Assembly (NCBI GenBank): GCA_965219455.1
Contig: OZ244744.1
Location: 1,984,001-2,048,000, forward strand
Direction: 5' to 3'
DNA length: 64,000 nt
DNA from: Candidatus Latescibacterota bacterium
GTDB lineage: Bacteria; Latescibacterota; UBA2968; GCA-2709665
How positions within the stretch are numbered: the first letter of the stretch is position 1; the number at the start of each line of letters is the position of its first letter. The notes below the pieces were generated by a model. The model made no database searches. It saw nothing but the letters and a program-made list of their open reading frames with translations, and was not told where the DNA came from. This document shows, one piece after another, positions 20,170 to 30,063 of this stretch. The translations under genes and the position numbers were made by a program.

Positions 20170-21329
20170 TTTTTTAGAGATGCTTTCAGCCGATTCAGTC
20201 TTGCCCTGGCGTCGACAACCCACGCCTGCTGTGCGGAATCCCGCCGGGCGAGCTTCAGATAAGCCCGCCAGTGGACAATGGCGCTCCCCACGTTGCCCTC
20301 CCGCTCGTGAATAACGCCCAGATTGTAGTGCCCGTCGGCAAAATCCGGCGCGAGACCGATCGCGCGCTCGTAGGCCGCAATCGCCGCCGGGTTGTCGCCG
20401 AGATTGAAATACGCGTTGGCCAGGCCCGCGTAGCGCCTGGCATGCTGGTACCCGGCCACCGACCGTGTATACGCCCCCTGATGCGCGTCCACAACCGACA
20501 CGACCGAATCCGGCGGCGCGCTTTCCGGTTTCAGCCGGATGGCCTCCCGGTACGAAAGCACCGCCTCCGCATACCTTCTCTGCCGGGAATATACATTGCC
20601 CAGGTTATAGTGCGCCTCAGCCAGGTCCGGTTTCAGCCGAATGGCCTCCAGTTGCCGGGATACGGCCCCGTCAATATCCCCGCTGAGCATATCGACAAGG
20701 CCCAGGTTCGCGTGTGCCTCGGCGTAGTCCGGCATCAGCGCGACGGCCTCCCGATACGCCGCGCGCGCCTCCTCAACTTTTCCCCGATCCAGAAACTGGG
20801 TGCCCGTCGCAACCTGCTGCGCGGCGGACTGACAACGGGAGACCGCCCGCAGGAAAAGCGCCTTCATCGGATCGACGGAAAAGGGCGGACCCGCCCTGGC
20901 GGCCCGCCGGTAGGCTGCGAGCGCGTCCCCGTACCCGCGCTGTCTCGCATCCATCAGGCCCAGAAGGTAGTGCGCCGCGGCGAAATCCGGAGCGGCCACG
21001 AGGGCTTTACGCAGGCGCGCGACCGTGAGGCCGAGCGCCGCCTGCGTCAGATTCCATTCCGCCTCGCTCTCGCCCCGGCTCCCGGCCACGAGGCCGGCGG
21101 CCTCGGCAAATGGCGGATACGCGTCGGGTGTCGCTCCCGCCCCCAATCCGGATGCCAGCGGCGGGATCAGACCAATCGCCTCCGTCAACCGGCTGGCCAA
21201 GCTATCGTCGAAGGCGACCCGTTCCGTGCTCGCGAGGAGAGGTTGCGCAAACATCACGCAGACCACCAGCGTACACAGCGCCCGGCCCACCGCGCCGACG
21301 CACAGGTTATTGGTGTACGTCCCGCACAC
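20166..21329 (-). CDS. Tetratricopeptide repeat protein
   Basis: PDYAEAHANLG, PDLAEAHYNLG, PDFADGHYNLG repeats; start uncertain. Confidence 0.85.
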   Translation of the reverse strand: MCGTYTNNLCVGAVGRALCTLVVCVMFAQPLLASTERVAFDDSLASRLTEAIGLIPPLASGLGAGATPDAYPPFAEAAGLVAGSRGESEAEWNLTQAALGLTVARLRKALVAAPDFAAAHYLLGLMDARQRGYGDALAAYRRAARAGPPFSVDPMKALFLRAVSRCQSAAQQVATGTQFLDRGKVEEARAAYREAVALMPDYAEAHANLGLVDMLSGDIDGAVSRQLEAIRLKPDLAEAHYNLGNVYSRQRRYAEAVLSYREAIRLKPESAPPDSVVSVVDAHQGAYTRSVAGYQHARRYAGLANAYFNLGDNPAAIAAYERAIGLAPDFADGHYNLGVIHEREGNVGSAIVHWRAYLKLARRDSAQQAWVVDARARLNRLKASLKK

Positions 21330-22164
21330 AGCGAAACCCGATGAAATTGCCCTTCTGGTCGGGATAAAATCTGAACCGGGCCGACGTTTTCAGATAATGG
21401 GGCAGGTGGTGCCAGGAACTGCCTCTCACCACACGGAACGTCCCGGTCGCCGGGCCGGATGGATCTTCCCTGGGACTTCGAGTGTAGTAAGTATTGTCGT
21501 ACCAGTCGTTGCACCACTCCCAGGCATTGCCCGCCATGTCAAGTAACCCGTACGGGCTCGCGCCCCTGGGCCTGGAACCCACCGGCATAGTTTGACAGAA
21601 CTCCCCGGGCACCGGACCGGCAGACGGATTCGCCCAGTTGGTACGCCCGCACGTCCCGCCCAGATCCATGATCGCGTAGTCTCTTCCGGGCGCCTCTTCA
21701 CCCCACGGGTATGTCCGTCCGTCCGTCCCCCGTGCCGCCTTTTCCCACTGCGCCTCGGTGGGCAGGCTTCCGCCCCGCCACCTGCAGTAGGCATCCGCCT
21801 CCGGCCACATCACCCCAACAGTCGGCTGCCGGTCTTTGGAAAACAACGGATTCCGGGTTTCCGGCGGCAATGAAACCCTCGTCGAACGGGCATAGGCGCG
21901 GAATTGAGCGTTCGTCACCTCGTATTTGTCAATATAAAACGCATTCAGATGGACGACGCGCGCGGGGCCTTCCGGGTCGAATCCACGATTCGTGCCCATC
22001 AGGAAATCGCCCGCGGTTACGACCAGCATCGTATCCACCGTGCCGGCCGGCGTCCGGTCCAGGAAGACCCCCTCCGGGAGGTCGTCCAGCAGGGACCCGC
22101 CGCTGCATCCGGCGCACACCAGGACGGCAACCCAGGCAGCCCGCAACCGCCCGCAACCGCGCAT
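21307..22164 (-). CDS. FGE-sulfatase (SUMF1-fold) lipoprotein
   Basis: CAGC lipobox-like; FLMG, YEVTN, LPTEAQWEKAARG, DMAGNAWEW, IGFRC. Confidence 0.85.
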   Translation of the reverse strand: MRGCGRLRAAWVAVLVCAGCSGGSLLDDLPEGVFLDRTPAGTVDTMLVVTAGDFLMGTNRGFDPEGPARVVHLNAFYIDKYEVTNAQFRAYARSTRVSLPPETRNPLFSKDRQPTVGVMWPEADAYCRWRGGSLPTEAQWEKAARGTDGRTYPWGEEAPGRDYAIMDLGGTCGRTNWANPSAGPVPGEFCQTMPVGSRPRGASPYGLLDMAGNAWEWCNDWYDNTYYTRSPREDPSGPATGTFRVVRGSSWHHLPHYLKTSARFRFYPDQKGNFIGFRCVRDVHQ

Positions 22165-22166
22165 TC

Positions 22167-23054
22167 TCAATTGATGTCCCGGGCGCACCGAACCCCCCAT
22201 CCATCGGTGGCGCCCGCGGGATCCGACCAACTCCTGTAGGTGATGCTGAGTTTGTTGGGGTCCTGGCCCGCCGCGGTCCGCCAAGACCCTCCCCGAAGTA
22301 CCCGGAACCGGCCCTGCTCCGGTCCCGTGGGGCCGATGGTGGCGCTCACCTTGTAATATTCCGAATCGTAGTAGTCCGCGCACCACTCCCACACGTTTCC
22401 CACCAGGTCCATGGCCCCGTAAAAACTCACGCCTTCGGGGTAGTTGCCCACCGGTGCAATGGTATTATCGTACCCGTCGTCGCCGTCCCTGTAATTCGCC
22501 CGGGAACCGTTCAGTCCCTTGTTCCAGGGGTAGGGCTCCCTCGCCTCGTCGCCGCGTGCGGTCTTCTCCCATTCCGCTTCGGTCGGCAACCTGGTCCCGC
22601 GCCAGGCGCAGTAGGCGGCCGCGTCGAACCAGTTGATGCCCACGGCCGGAAAGTCCGGCCTGGTTTCCGCCCGGTCGGGCCAGTCTCCGATACGGTCCTT
22701 GGACCCATGGCTGGCCGGCGTATGACGTTCCCGGTTACCCCCGTCGGAAGCTGCCCAGAACTTGAAATACTGGGCGTTCGTCACTTCAAACCGGTCGACG
22801 TAGAAGGCGCTCAGGTACACCTGCCGTGCCGGCTGCTGATCCTCCGGCCCTCTTTCCATGCCCATGGTGAAATGGCCAGCGGGCACCCGAACCATCTCAA
22901 CGCCCTCGAAAAGCCGCACCAAACCCACCGGAAGGGGCCGATCCTTGTTCGGGTCGACTTCCTCCACGGCGCCGGTGGGCGGTTCATCCGCTCCGCCGCA
23001 AGCCAGAACGCCCCACCACATCAGACAAACACAGAAAAACCCGATGGCACGCAT
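22167..23054 (-). CDS. FGE-sulfatase (SUMF1-fold) lipoprotein
   Basis: VLAC lipobox; FTMG, FEVTN, LPTEAEWEK, GNVWEW, RGGSW, GVRC. Confidence 0.85.
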   Translation of the reverse strand: MRAIGFFCVCLMWWGVLACGGADEPPTGAVEEVDPNKDRPLPVGLVRLFEGVEMVRVPAGHFTMGMERGPEDQQPARQVYLSAFYVDRFEVTNAQYFKFWAASDGGNRERHTPASHGSKDRIGDWPDRAETRPDFPAVGINWFDAAAYCAWRGTRLPTEAEWEKTARGDEAREPYPWNKGLNGSRANYRDGDDGYDNTIAPVGNYPEGVSFYGAMDLVGNVWEWCADYYDSEYYKVSATIGPTGPEQGRFRVLRGGSWRTAAGQDPNKLSITYRSWSDPAGATDGWGVRCARDIN

Positions 23055-23258
23055 GGTGGACCACCTCGCGCCGGGTCGAAGGCAAAAGCCCGACCGGTCC
23101 CTTTCTGCCCGCACCTCTTCTCTCTCTACCGATCCGTACGTCGATAACAAAACGGCGGCCAATGCGCTTTCCCGCCGACCCGGCCGGAGACACATTGCGC
23201 CGCCGTTAGCGCTGTTTACGTTGGTGGGCCCCAACAAGGGCCGCCATGGCATCCGATA

Positions 23259-24239
23259 CTAGAATGCGCCGCCGATGCTGAACCGAATCGGTGCGTCCAG
23301 CAACTCGCCGACATTGGTATAGGCGACGTCAACCAGCACCGTCCGGTCGCCCCAGTTGCCCTTGAAGCCCGCCCCGAAGCTGTAAGTCTCCAGGTCGTGG
23401 TTGAACTTGTATCCGGCTCGAAGGGCTACCGCACCCGACAGCCACAGTTCGCTGCCCATCTGCCAGCGCTGCTCGTAGTCGACCTGGTAGGAACTCCCGA
23501 ACGAGACAGTCAGGTAGTTCGGATCGGCCATCTCTCCGTAAATTTCCATCGCCACGCCGATATCGAAATTCATCGGCATCAGGAATTTCTGGTCTTCCGC
23601 CAACACCTTGGTGTCAGGACCGAAATTCCGCATGGCCAGAGCGATTCGGGAGCTTCGAAAACCCGTATAGAAGTGCGTGCCGGCGTCCAGTACGATCGAA
23701 GACATGTTGTCGACGTGCAGGGTCTCCGAAATATACACCGTCCGGATACCCAGGCCCAGCTTGTCGGTTGCCTGAAACGCATAGGCCACGCCAACGGACG
23801 TTCCGCCGCCCTTTACCATTTCCCCCGTGCCCTCGGGGTTGTATATGGTCCGTACCGCCATATCGCCCACGTCGTAATTCAACACGCTGAGACCCAACAC
23901 ACCCCAACCCGTCCTGTACGCAAACGCGCCGCTGTAAAATCCGGTGTCGACGAGCCAACGGGTGTGGGACAGCTGGTAGCCGAACCGCTTCAGGTGAACC
24001 AGACCCGCGGGGTTGAAAAAGATCGCATTTATGTCGTTCGACACGGCCGTAAATGCATCTCCCATAGCCGCCGCACGCGGGGATTGGGTCACTTTCATCC
24101 ATGGAAACGACGCCAGTCCCAGTTTCCGGAAGTCCTCGGACTTGAGGATTTCGGGTGCGTCCCGCGCTTCCGCGGGAGAGTTCCCGAATGCGCCGGCCAC
24201 GAGAACGGTCATCAGTGTCATGCAAAGTATCCGCTTCAT
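23259..24239 (-). CDS. PorV/PorQ family outer-membrane beta-barrel
   Basis: Signal peptide; PRAAAMGDAF..DINAIFFNPAGL; ALRAGY; terminal Phe. Confidence 0.85.
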   Translation of the reverse strand: MKRILCMTLMTVLVAGAFGNSPAEARDAPEILKSEDFRKLGLASFPWMKVTQSPRAAAMGDAFTAVSNDINAIFFNPAGLVHLKRFGYQLSHTRWLVDTGFYSGAFAYRTGWGVLGLSVLNYDVGDMAVRTIYNPEGTGEMVKGGGTSVGVAYAFQATDKLGLGIRTVYISETLHVDNMSSIVLDAGTHFYTGFRSSRIALAMRNFGPDTKVLAEDQKFLMPMNFDIGVAMEIYGEMADPNYLTVSFGSSYQVDYEQRWQMGSELWLSGAVALRAGYKFNHDLETYSFGAGFKGNWGDRTVLVDVAYTNVGELLDAPIRFSIGGAF

Positions 24240-24276
24240 AAGCTTATCGCTCCTTCCCGGAATTGCCTCACGCCGG

Positions 24277-26709
24277 CTATCGGATGACCATGAATTTCCC
24301 TATCCGCTTCTTCCCCTGACTTTCGGACACGAGAGATTCCACGACGAAGAAGTAGACGCCCGCAGAAATCGACCCCGTGCCCAGCGACATCGCCAACTGG
24401 TCCCACTGCGCTTCGCCCAGCCACAAATCGGAATCGTTCGGCGCATCCGTGCGGTCGTCGTGGAGGATCTTTCCGACCATGTCGCCCGCACTGTTAAAGA
24501 CATAGATCCAGCACTTGCTCGGCACATTGACGAACCGGATCTGTGGTTTGCCCGGGTACTGGAGATTCGCGTCGCCAACCCGGAACGGATTGGGTACCAC
24601 GAAAACCTCCCGGCCCAACTGCTCGGTTTCGCCCACCGCGGGCTGCTTCGGGCTGTAAAACGGCGGCTTGCGCTGCGACCGCGCCCACTGGCCGCCGTCC
24701 AGGCCGGCCTTCACCTGCGCCTGCACCAGAGCGGGCAGGGTGGCCATGGTGCCCACGCGTCCCACCCAGTCTTCGTGGCCCCTGGCGAACGGCCTCACCG
24801 AATACCAGTAGTTGAAGCCGGCTACCGACTCTACGTCCGTAAACGTATTCGTCCCGGCCGGGACCTCGCCGATCCTATCCCAAGGACCGTCCGGGTTCCA
24901 TTCGGAGCGGTAGATGCGGTAACCCGCCACGTCCTGCGCCTCCGTGCCCATATAGTCCGGGTTCATCGCGCCGTCCGCGGAGTTCCAGGTGAGCAGGTTC
25001 TGCGCCTCCGGGCTGTTGGAAACCGCCACGTACACGTCCGGCGGCGAATCCGGCACGTCGTATTCATTATCATAAGCCCACTTCGCCCGCTTGAAGAACT
25101 CCACCATCCATTCCTCGCCCTTCTTCAGGCCGTCGAAGTCGTAAAGATGGGACCGCGTCCAGGTGTAGAGGTCGCTCTCTCCGGCGCCCGAACCGCCCAC
25201 CCAGGCCACCACGAGCTTGGCCTTATCGCCGGGCCCCAGCGAGTACGGTCCGAAGGTCTGGGCGCTGTAATGCACGCCGATCTCGCCGGGATTCGCCTGA
25301 TAGCCGGCATCCGCGATCATATTGAACATGGTCTCCCGGTCGTGTGCGCCGGGCCTGGGGTCGGCGGACACCGTGGTGCTTTCGATCCGCCAGAAGCGCA
25401 CGGCGTGGGGCTGGTCGCCCTGGGGCTGGACATACTTGTCGGCATCCCTGGTATTGAATCCCCAGTCGCCGCCGTCCTCATACGCCAGCGGCCCAAAACC
25501 CATATACTGATAAGAGGTGAATTCGCCGTCCTTGCGGCCCGTATCGCAAGAAGGCGAAATAATCAGCTTGTTTACGGGATCGCCGGTATCGTCCCAGGGA
25601 AACTCCGGACTGTCGCCGTCCCAGTCCACGATCATCTTCAACCCCTTGGCCGGGCCCGAGTAGCCGGCATTCTCCGTATACACGACCCAGTCGTCGAGAC
25701 CGCCTACATTGTACCAATGCCAGCTATCCGACCGGTTGTAGTGGGACAGCCCCGCGTCCGAGATCATCCAGGCGCCGATGATGGGAACGAATACGTTTTC
25801 CAGCGTTTCCGCGGGCAGGTCCCTCTCGCCGTCGCCGTCGCTGTCACCCGTGTTCTCGATCTCGATCTCCGTAATGATGAAGTCGTCCCACGCCGGGTAG
25901 CTCCAGGCCATCGTGCGCCGTGTAAAGGTAACCCCCGCCAGCGTGGTCCACTTGGTCACGACGATCTCTTCGGGCCATTCGTCGGAACGGGACGACGGCG
26001 CGGCCGGTGGCCCGGCAGTCGCGTATTCCCCCCACGACCAGTTGCTGATCCTCACGGGGTCCCTGTTCAGCGGCGCCTCCTCCAGAATCTGCGCCAGGTT
26101 CTCGCTCCAGGTGGACGCGTAATACCACGGCGCGCCTTTACGCCACTCCACGCCCGGATTCTCGGCGGAGGAGGGCTGCGCCCTGATCTCCCCGCCCAGG
26201 TACTGCAGGTCCTCGTCCATGGAAGGGTCCGCCAACATGGGCACGATCTCGTCCAGCATGTCCGACCGCGGGCCCGTCAATACCACGTAGAACCCGTCCT
26301 TGGCGAAATTGTCGTAGGCTCTGGAGCCCTGGAAACTGGACGGCAGCCGCAGCGCGAGGCCAATGCCCTCCCCGTGGGACGTGCTCTCGATTCGCCCTTC
26401 GCTGTTGCAGTCGACGCGGAAGAAGGGCAACTGGCTCGCCCAGCCCTCCCCCGTAAGGATGTCCCCGCCCACCGTGGCCGGATAAACCATGCTGGAAGAC
26501 CGCGAGAGCGCGGCGCCAATGGAACCGCCCTGCGTACCCAGATTGGTCACCGACGTGTAAAGCATCCCGCGCTCCAGGGGTGCCCTGCCGGCGGACCCCG
26601 GGTGATTCGCCTGGCCCCAGACCTGCCCGGACCAGAATGTCGCCAGGGCTACAGCGAACGCCCATCCGCCGCACCCTTTCAGTACGGCGTTCAAACGGTT
26701 CGAACGCAT
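24277..26709 (-). CDS. Secreted protein with FN3-like domain and T9SS type A-like C-terminal domain
   Basis: Signal peptide; GYRIYRS..FTD..YWYSV; C-terminal VVPNPF..IRFVN..IYVFNSAGDMV..WD..SAGVYFFVVE..GKFMVIR; ATG after AGGAGGA. Confidence 0.7.
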   Translation of the reverse strand: MRSNRLNAVLKGCGGWAFAVALATFWSGQVWGQANHPGSAGRAPLERGMLYTSVTNLGTQGGSIGAALSRSSSMVYPATVGGDILTGEGWASQLPFFRVDCNSEGRIESTSHGEGIGLALRLPSSFQGSRAYDNFAKDGFYVVLTGPRSDMLDEIVPMLADPSMDEDLQYLGGEIRAQPSSAENPGVEWRKGAPWYYASTWSENLAQILEEAPLNRDPVRISNWSWGEYATAGPPAAPSSRSDEWPEEIVVTKWTTLAGVTFTRRTMAWSYPAWDDFIITEIEIENTGDSDGDGERDLPAETLENVFVPIIGAWMISDAGLSHYNRSDSWHWYNVGGLDDWVVYTENAGYSGPAKGLKMIVDWDGDSPEFPWDDTGDPVNKLIISPSCDTGRKDGEFTSYQYMGFGPLAYEDGGDWGFNTRDADKYVQPQGDQPHAVRFWRIESTTVSADPRPGAHDRETMFNMIADAGYQANPGEIGVHYSAQTFGPYSLGPGDKAKLVVAWVGGSGAGESDLYTWTRSHLYDFDGLKKGEEWMVEFFKRAKWAYDNEYDVPDSPPDVYVAVSNSPEAQNLLTWNSADGAMNPDYMGTEAQDVAGYRIYRSEWNPDGPWDRIGEVPAGTNTFTDVESVAGFNYWYSVRPFARGHEDWVGRVGTMATLPALVQAQVKAGLDGGQWARSQRKPPFYSPKQPAVGETEQLGREVFVVPNPFRVGDANLQYPGKPQIRFVNVPSKCWIYVFNSAGDMVGKILHDDRTDAPNDSDLWLGEAQWDQLAMSLGTGSISAGVYFFVVESLVSESQGKKRIGKFMVIR

Positions 26710-26815
26710 CGTATCCTCCTTAGCGTTATATAGTTCCTCAGGAAATAACCGCATGGTAGCGGGAACCCGCATAACCCACCGGGCTCCCGCCGTTCGTGAC
26801 GTTTACCGGAATGGA

Positions 26816-29800
26816 TCAGAACTGCATTCTCAGACCCATTTCCATGCGTCGGGGATGGTTATAGAAGCTCCGGTCGCGGGTATCCCCGTACAGGAGGAAG
26901 TGAGAGTTGTCCGGGCGTGCCGTTTGCAGGCCCCAGTTGGTCCAGTCGGTGGTATTGAAGGAACTGTCGTCCTGCTGGTTGAACAGGTTTCGCACCTCCA
27001 GGAACAGGCTCATATCGCCGCGCCCCTGGCCGAACGGAAAGCGCTTCTCAACGGCCAGGTCGGTCCAGGTGCGGATGGGCCTCAGGCGCCGCTCCCGGCC
27101 GGAATTCGGCGGCGTGTACCAGAACGATCCGGTATTCTGCATGCGCCAGAGCAGGTTGACCCGCCAGTTGGCAAGGAACTTGCTTCCGAACACCTGGAAA
27201 TCGGGTCCGTAGTCCCCCGGCGTCAGGTAGAGAAACTGCACGCTGCCCTGGTTGCGGATGTTGCCGCCGTCGGCGTTCAGGCCGGTCTGATACCCCCTGG
27301 CCCAGACGTGGATGTGGTCCAGTTCGAAGTCGTCCAGACCGATGAGCCCGTATTCGCGGGCCGTCATCCGGGTCTGCTCGTATCCCCGGCCTCCTGGCCT
27401 GCCGTCTCGCCGGGCGTTGCTCCGGATAACTCTGTTTGCGGTGGCGCCGATCGTCCGGATCTGATCCTGCGTAAGGGCCACCGGCACCTCGACGCCGTTC
27501 TCCACCCTGTATTCGTACCAGTAGCGACCGCTGGCAATGTAAAGCGAGTCCGGGAAAAGGAAGTTGAACCAGGCGTCGAAGTTGCCCCATCCGGCCTGCG
27601 CCCACGTCATGTTGTACGCCACGTTGATGGCGAAGTTGTGGCTGAGCGGCTTCCGCAGGGAGAATTCCAGACCCCGCTGCTCTTCGAACCCGTTGTTGTG
27701 CAGCACCCGGGCGTAGGGATGCACGTAGCCCGGCTTGTGCGGCGCGTAGAAACGGACGTCGGAATGGTAATGGTACTGGTCCTTCGCGCTCTTGTAATAC
27801 AGCGCGATCGCGCCGGTGTAGTCCTGCACGAAGTTCCAGTCGGCCCCCACCTCCATCGACACGGTCTTTTCGGGTCGGATTTCGGTGGTGCCCTGTCCGC
27901 TACGTATGGGGTAAGACGGCCGCATCGCGTTGTAACGCTCGCCCGAATCGACAACGCCGTTCCCGTTCCAGTCCTGGTCGGGACCCGAGGTCCGCCAGTC
28001 CCCGTTGAACAGGTAATAGATGTCGGGATAGGCCAGGAACAGACCCGCGAAATAGTGCATGGACGACCGCGCCGTGATGGGATGCGACACCCCCACCCGC
28101 GGGCTCAGGTTCTTGAACACGACCGGTTCGCGGTGGGGCGCATTCTGGAATCTCAGCGGCGAGTTGTACATGGGCGAGAACGCGTAAGCGCCCGAAGCCG
28201 GGAACTTGGATACCGGGTCGAACAGGTCCAGGCGCAGGCCGGCATTGATGACCATGCCTTCGAACTCCATCTTATCCTGCGCGTAAATGGCAAGGTGCTG
28301 GGGCTTGACAGGATCTCCGATCACGCCCTGCGCGCCCGCGAACTCCAGCCGCCTGGCCTGTGCGCTCTCTCCGGTGTAGCGGGTAAGAAACATGTTGTAC
28401 TTGATGAATTCGAAACCGGCCTTCACGAAATGCCCCTTCGTGATCTGGCTGGCCAGATCCAGCTTGACCTGGTACCGATTCCGTTCCGCAACCTGGTAAT
28501 GGCGGACCTCCCGGTCCACGGCGAACCAGCCGTCCGCATCCGTACGCACGTCCGACGTTCTCGCTGCGATTTCGCTGGTGTCGTCGACGGTTGAATAGCG
28601 CGATATCCGGAGGTCGTAGAATGTCCGGGGCGAGAGAGAATGGGTGATGGCCAGGTATTGCATATTGTTGGTCGTGCTCATCTTACCCGCAGCGCTCCAA
28701 TCCTCCGGCAGGAAGATGTTCTTCCCGCTGTCATACAGACCACGGATGACGCCGCTGGCGGTACCCGCGGACCGTTCGTTCCGCCAGGAATCCCGGTCCG
28801 TTCCGATAAACTTCTTGTTGTACTCGAACAGACCGCCGATCTTCATCTTGATGTTTTCGGATGCGCGGACGGTGACGCTGTATGATCCCTGGTAATTATT
28901 CAAAGAGGGAATAAACCGCCCTATGTCGTCATAGTAGCCCCTCTCCGTGCCCGAGGGATAGACGGGCGCCTTCCGGGCCGTCTTGCCCGAAACGATGAAC
29001 GAAGCGCTCTTGGAAAGCGGCCCCGAGATATTTCCCTCCACCTCGTGGCCGGTGATTTCATCGTAGTCCGCGCGCTGGTGGGTGAGCCGACCCGTTTCCG
29101 GGTCCCGCTCGTTCTGCCACTCGCCCTCGCCCCATTTCATCTTGTCGAGATGCATCGGGCTTTCGTAGACGTTTGCGCCCCAGTGCTTCTGCCCCGGCGG
29201 CGTCCGTCGGTACTCCGCCCATCCGTGGAAGTTCTGGCCGCCGTCTTTCGTAATTATACTGACGACCCCGGCCTGAGCGTTGCCGTACTCGGCGTTCATC
29301 CCGCCCGTAACCACGGAAATCTCCTGGACGGTCGACCGGTTGATGGCCTTCCAGTTGTGGGACCCGGCGCCGTCGCTGTTGACGATTTTCACGCCGTCCA
29401 CGTAATAGGCCACGTCTCCGCCCGTGCGGCTTCGCCATTCACCGGGGCGGTTGCTTCCCCGCATGCGGTCGGAACCGTCCAGGTGTACGCCCGGCTGCAG
29501 CGTGATCATTTCGGCGGTGGTGCGCACGATGGGAAGTTGCTCGATCTCATCGGCGCCCACGATGTACTTGCTGAAGGTCTTGTCGACCTCCACCGGAGGG
29601 CGCTCCGCCTTGACAACCATTTCACCGAGTTCCAGCGTGGCCTCCTGGAGCCTGAAATCGACCTCCGTGGTCACGTCGGCCTGAACCCGAACGTCCGTCT
29701 GGGACTCGGTCTGATATCCGATCAGGGACGCCTTAATGGTATAAAGCCCCGGATCGGCGCGCAGGATCACGTAGAACCCCTCCGCATCGGCCGTGGACCC

Positions 29801-29965
29801 GATGTTCAGGCCCTCGATGACCACGTTGGCGCCGGGCAGCGATTCGCCCTGTTGGTCCAGGACCTTTCCAACAATCTTTCCGGTCGTGCCGGCCCAGGCG
29901 CTACCACTTAACGCCAGTGCCGTGCAGAGGGAAAGAACTCCGAAAAACAAAACCCACTTTTTCAT
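26816..29965 (-). CDS. TonB-dependent receptor with N-terminal carboxypeptidase-regulatory-like domain
   Basis: GTTGKIVGKV..LPGANV, YYVDG, TGGMNAEYGNAQAGVV..TKDG, YAQDKME, LSPRVGVSHPI, VRNLFN, terminal F. Confidence 0.9.
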   Translation of the reverse strand: MKKWVLFFGVLSLCTALALSGSAWAGTTGKIVGKVLDQQGESLPGANVVIEGLNIGSTADAEGFYVILRADPGLYTIKASLIGYQTESQTDVRVQADVTTEVDFRLQEATLELGEMVVKAERPPVEVDKTFSKYIVGADEIEQLPIVRTTAEMITLQPGVHLDGSDRMRGSNRPGEWRSRTGGDVAYYVDGVKIVNSDGAGSHNWKAINRSTVQEISVVTGGMNAEYGNAQAGVVSIITKDGGQNFHGWAEYRRTPPGQKHWGANVYESPMHLDKMKWGEGEWQNERDPETGRLTHQRADYDEITGHEVEGNISGPLSKSASFIVSGKTARKAPVYPSGTERGYYDDIGRFIPSLNNYQGSYSVTVRASENIKMKIGGLFEYNKKFIGTDRDSWRNERSAGTASGVIRGLYDSGKNIFLPEDWSAAGKMSTTNNMQYLAITHSLSPRTFYDLRISRYSTVDDTSEIAARTSDVRTDADGWFAVDREVRHYQVAERNRYQVKLDLASQITKGHFVKAGFEFIKYNMFLTRYTGESAQARRLEFAGAQGVIGDPVKPQHLAIYAQDKMEFEGMVINAGLRLDLFDPVSKFPASGAYAFSPMYNSPLRFQNAPHREPVVFKNLSPRVGVSHPITARSSMHYFAGLFLAYPDIYYLFNGDWRTSGPDQDWNGNGVVDSGERYNAMRPSYPIRSGQGTTEIRPEKTVSMEVGADWNFVQDYTGAIALYYKSAKDQYHYHSDVRFYAPHKPGYVHPYARVLHNNGFEEQRGLEFSLRKPLSHNFAINVAYNMTWAQAGWGNFDAWFNFLFPDSLYIASGRYWYEYRVENGVEVPVALTQDQIRTIGATANRVIRSNARRDGRPGGRGYEQTRMTAREYGLIGLDDFELDHIHVWARGYQTGLNADGGNIRNQGSVQFLYLTPGDYGPDFQVFGSKFLANWRVNLLWRMQNTGSFWYTPPNSGRERRLRPIRTWTDLAVEKRFPFGQGRGDMSLFLEVRNLFNQQDDSSFNTTDWTNWGLQTARPDNSHFLLYGDTRDRSFYNHPRRMEMGLRMQF

Positions 29966-30063
29966 TGCCGAATCTCCGTTTTAATTGTGGTCTCCCAGCT
30001 TAACTGCGGCCGTACACGCCCGTAGGGATTACGCCTCCTCCTTTCCCGGGCACGCGGGGCTCG

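Noticed and set aside
21307-23054. FGE-fold proteins as DGR targets or sulfatase activators
   Set aside because: No reverse transcriptase or template repeat seen; catalytic cysteines and sulfatases are absent
24013-28594. Long plus-strand ORFs (906 and 613 aa) and many similar antisense ORFs across the window
   Set aside because: Shadow frames of well-supported opposite-strand genes in GC-rich DNA; no recognisable motifs
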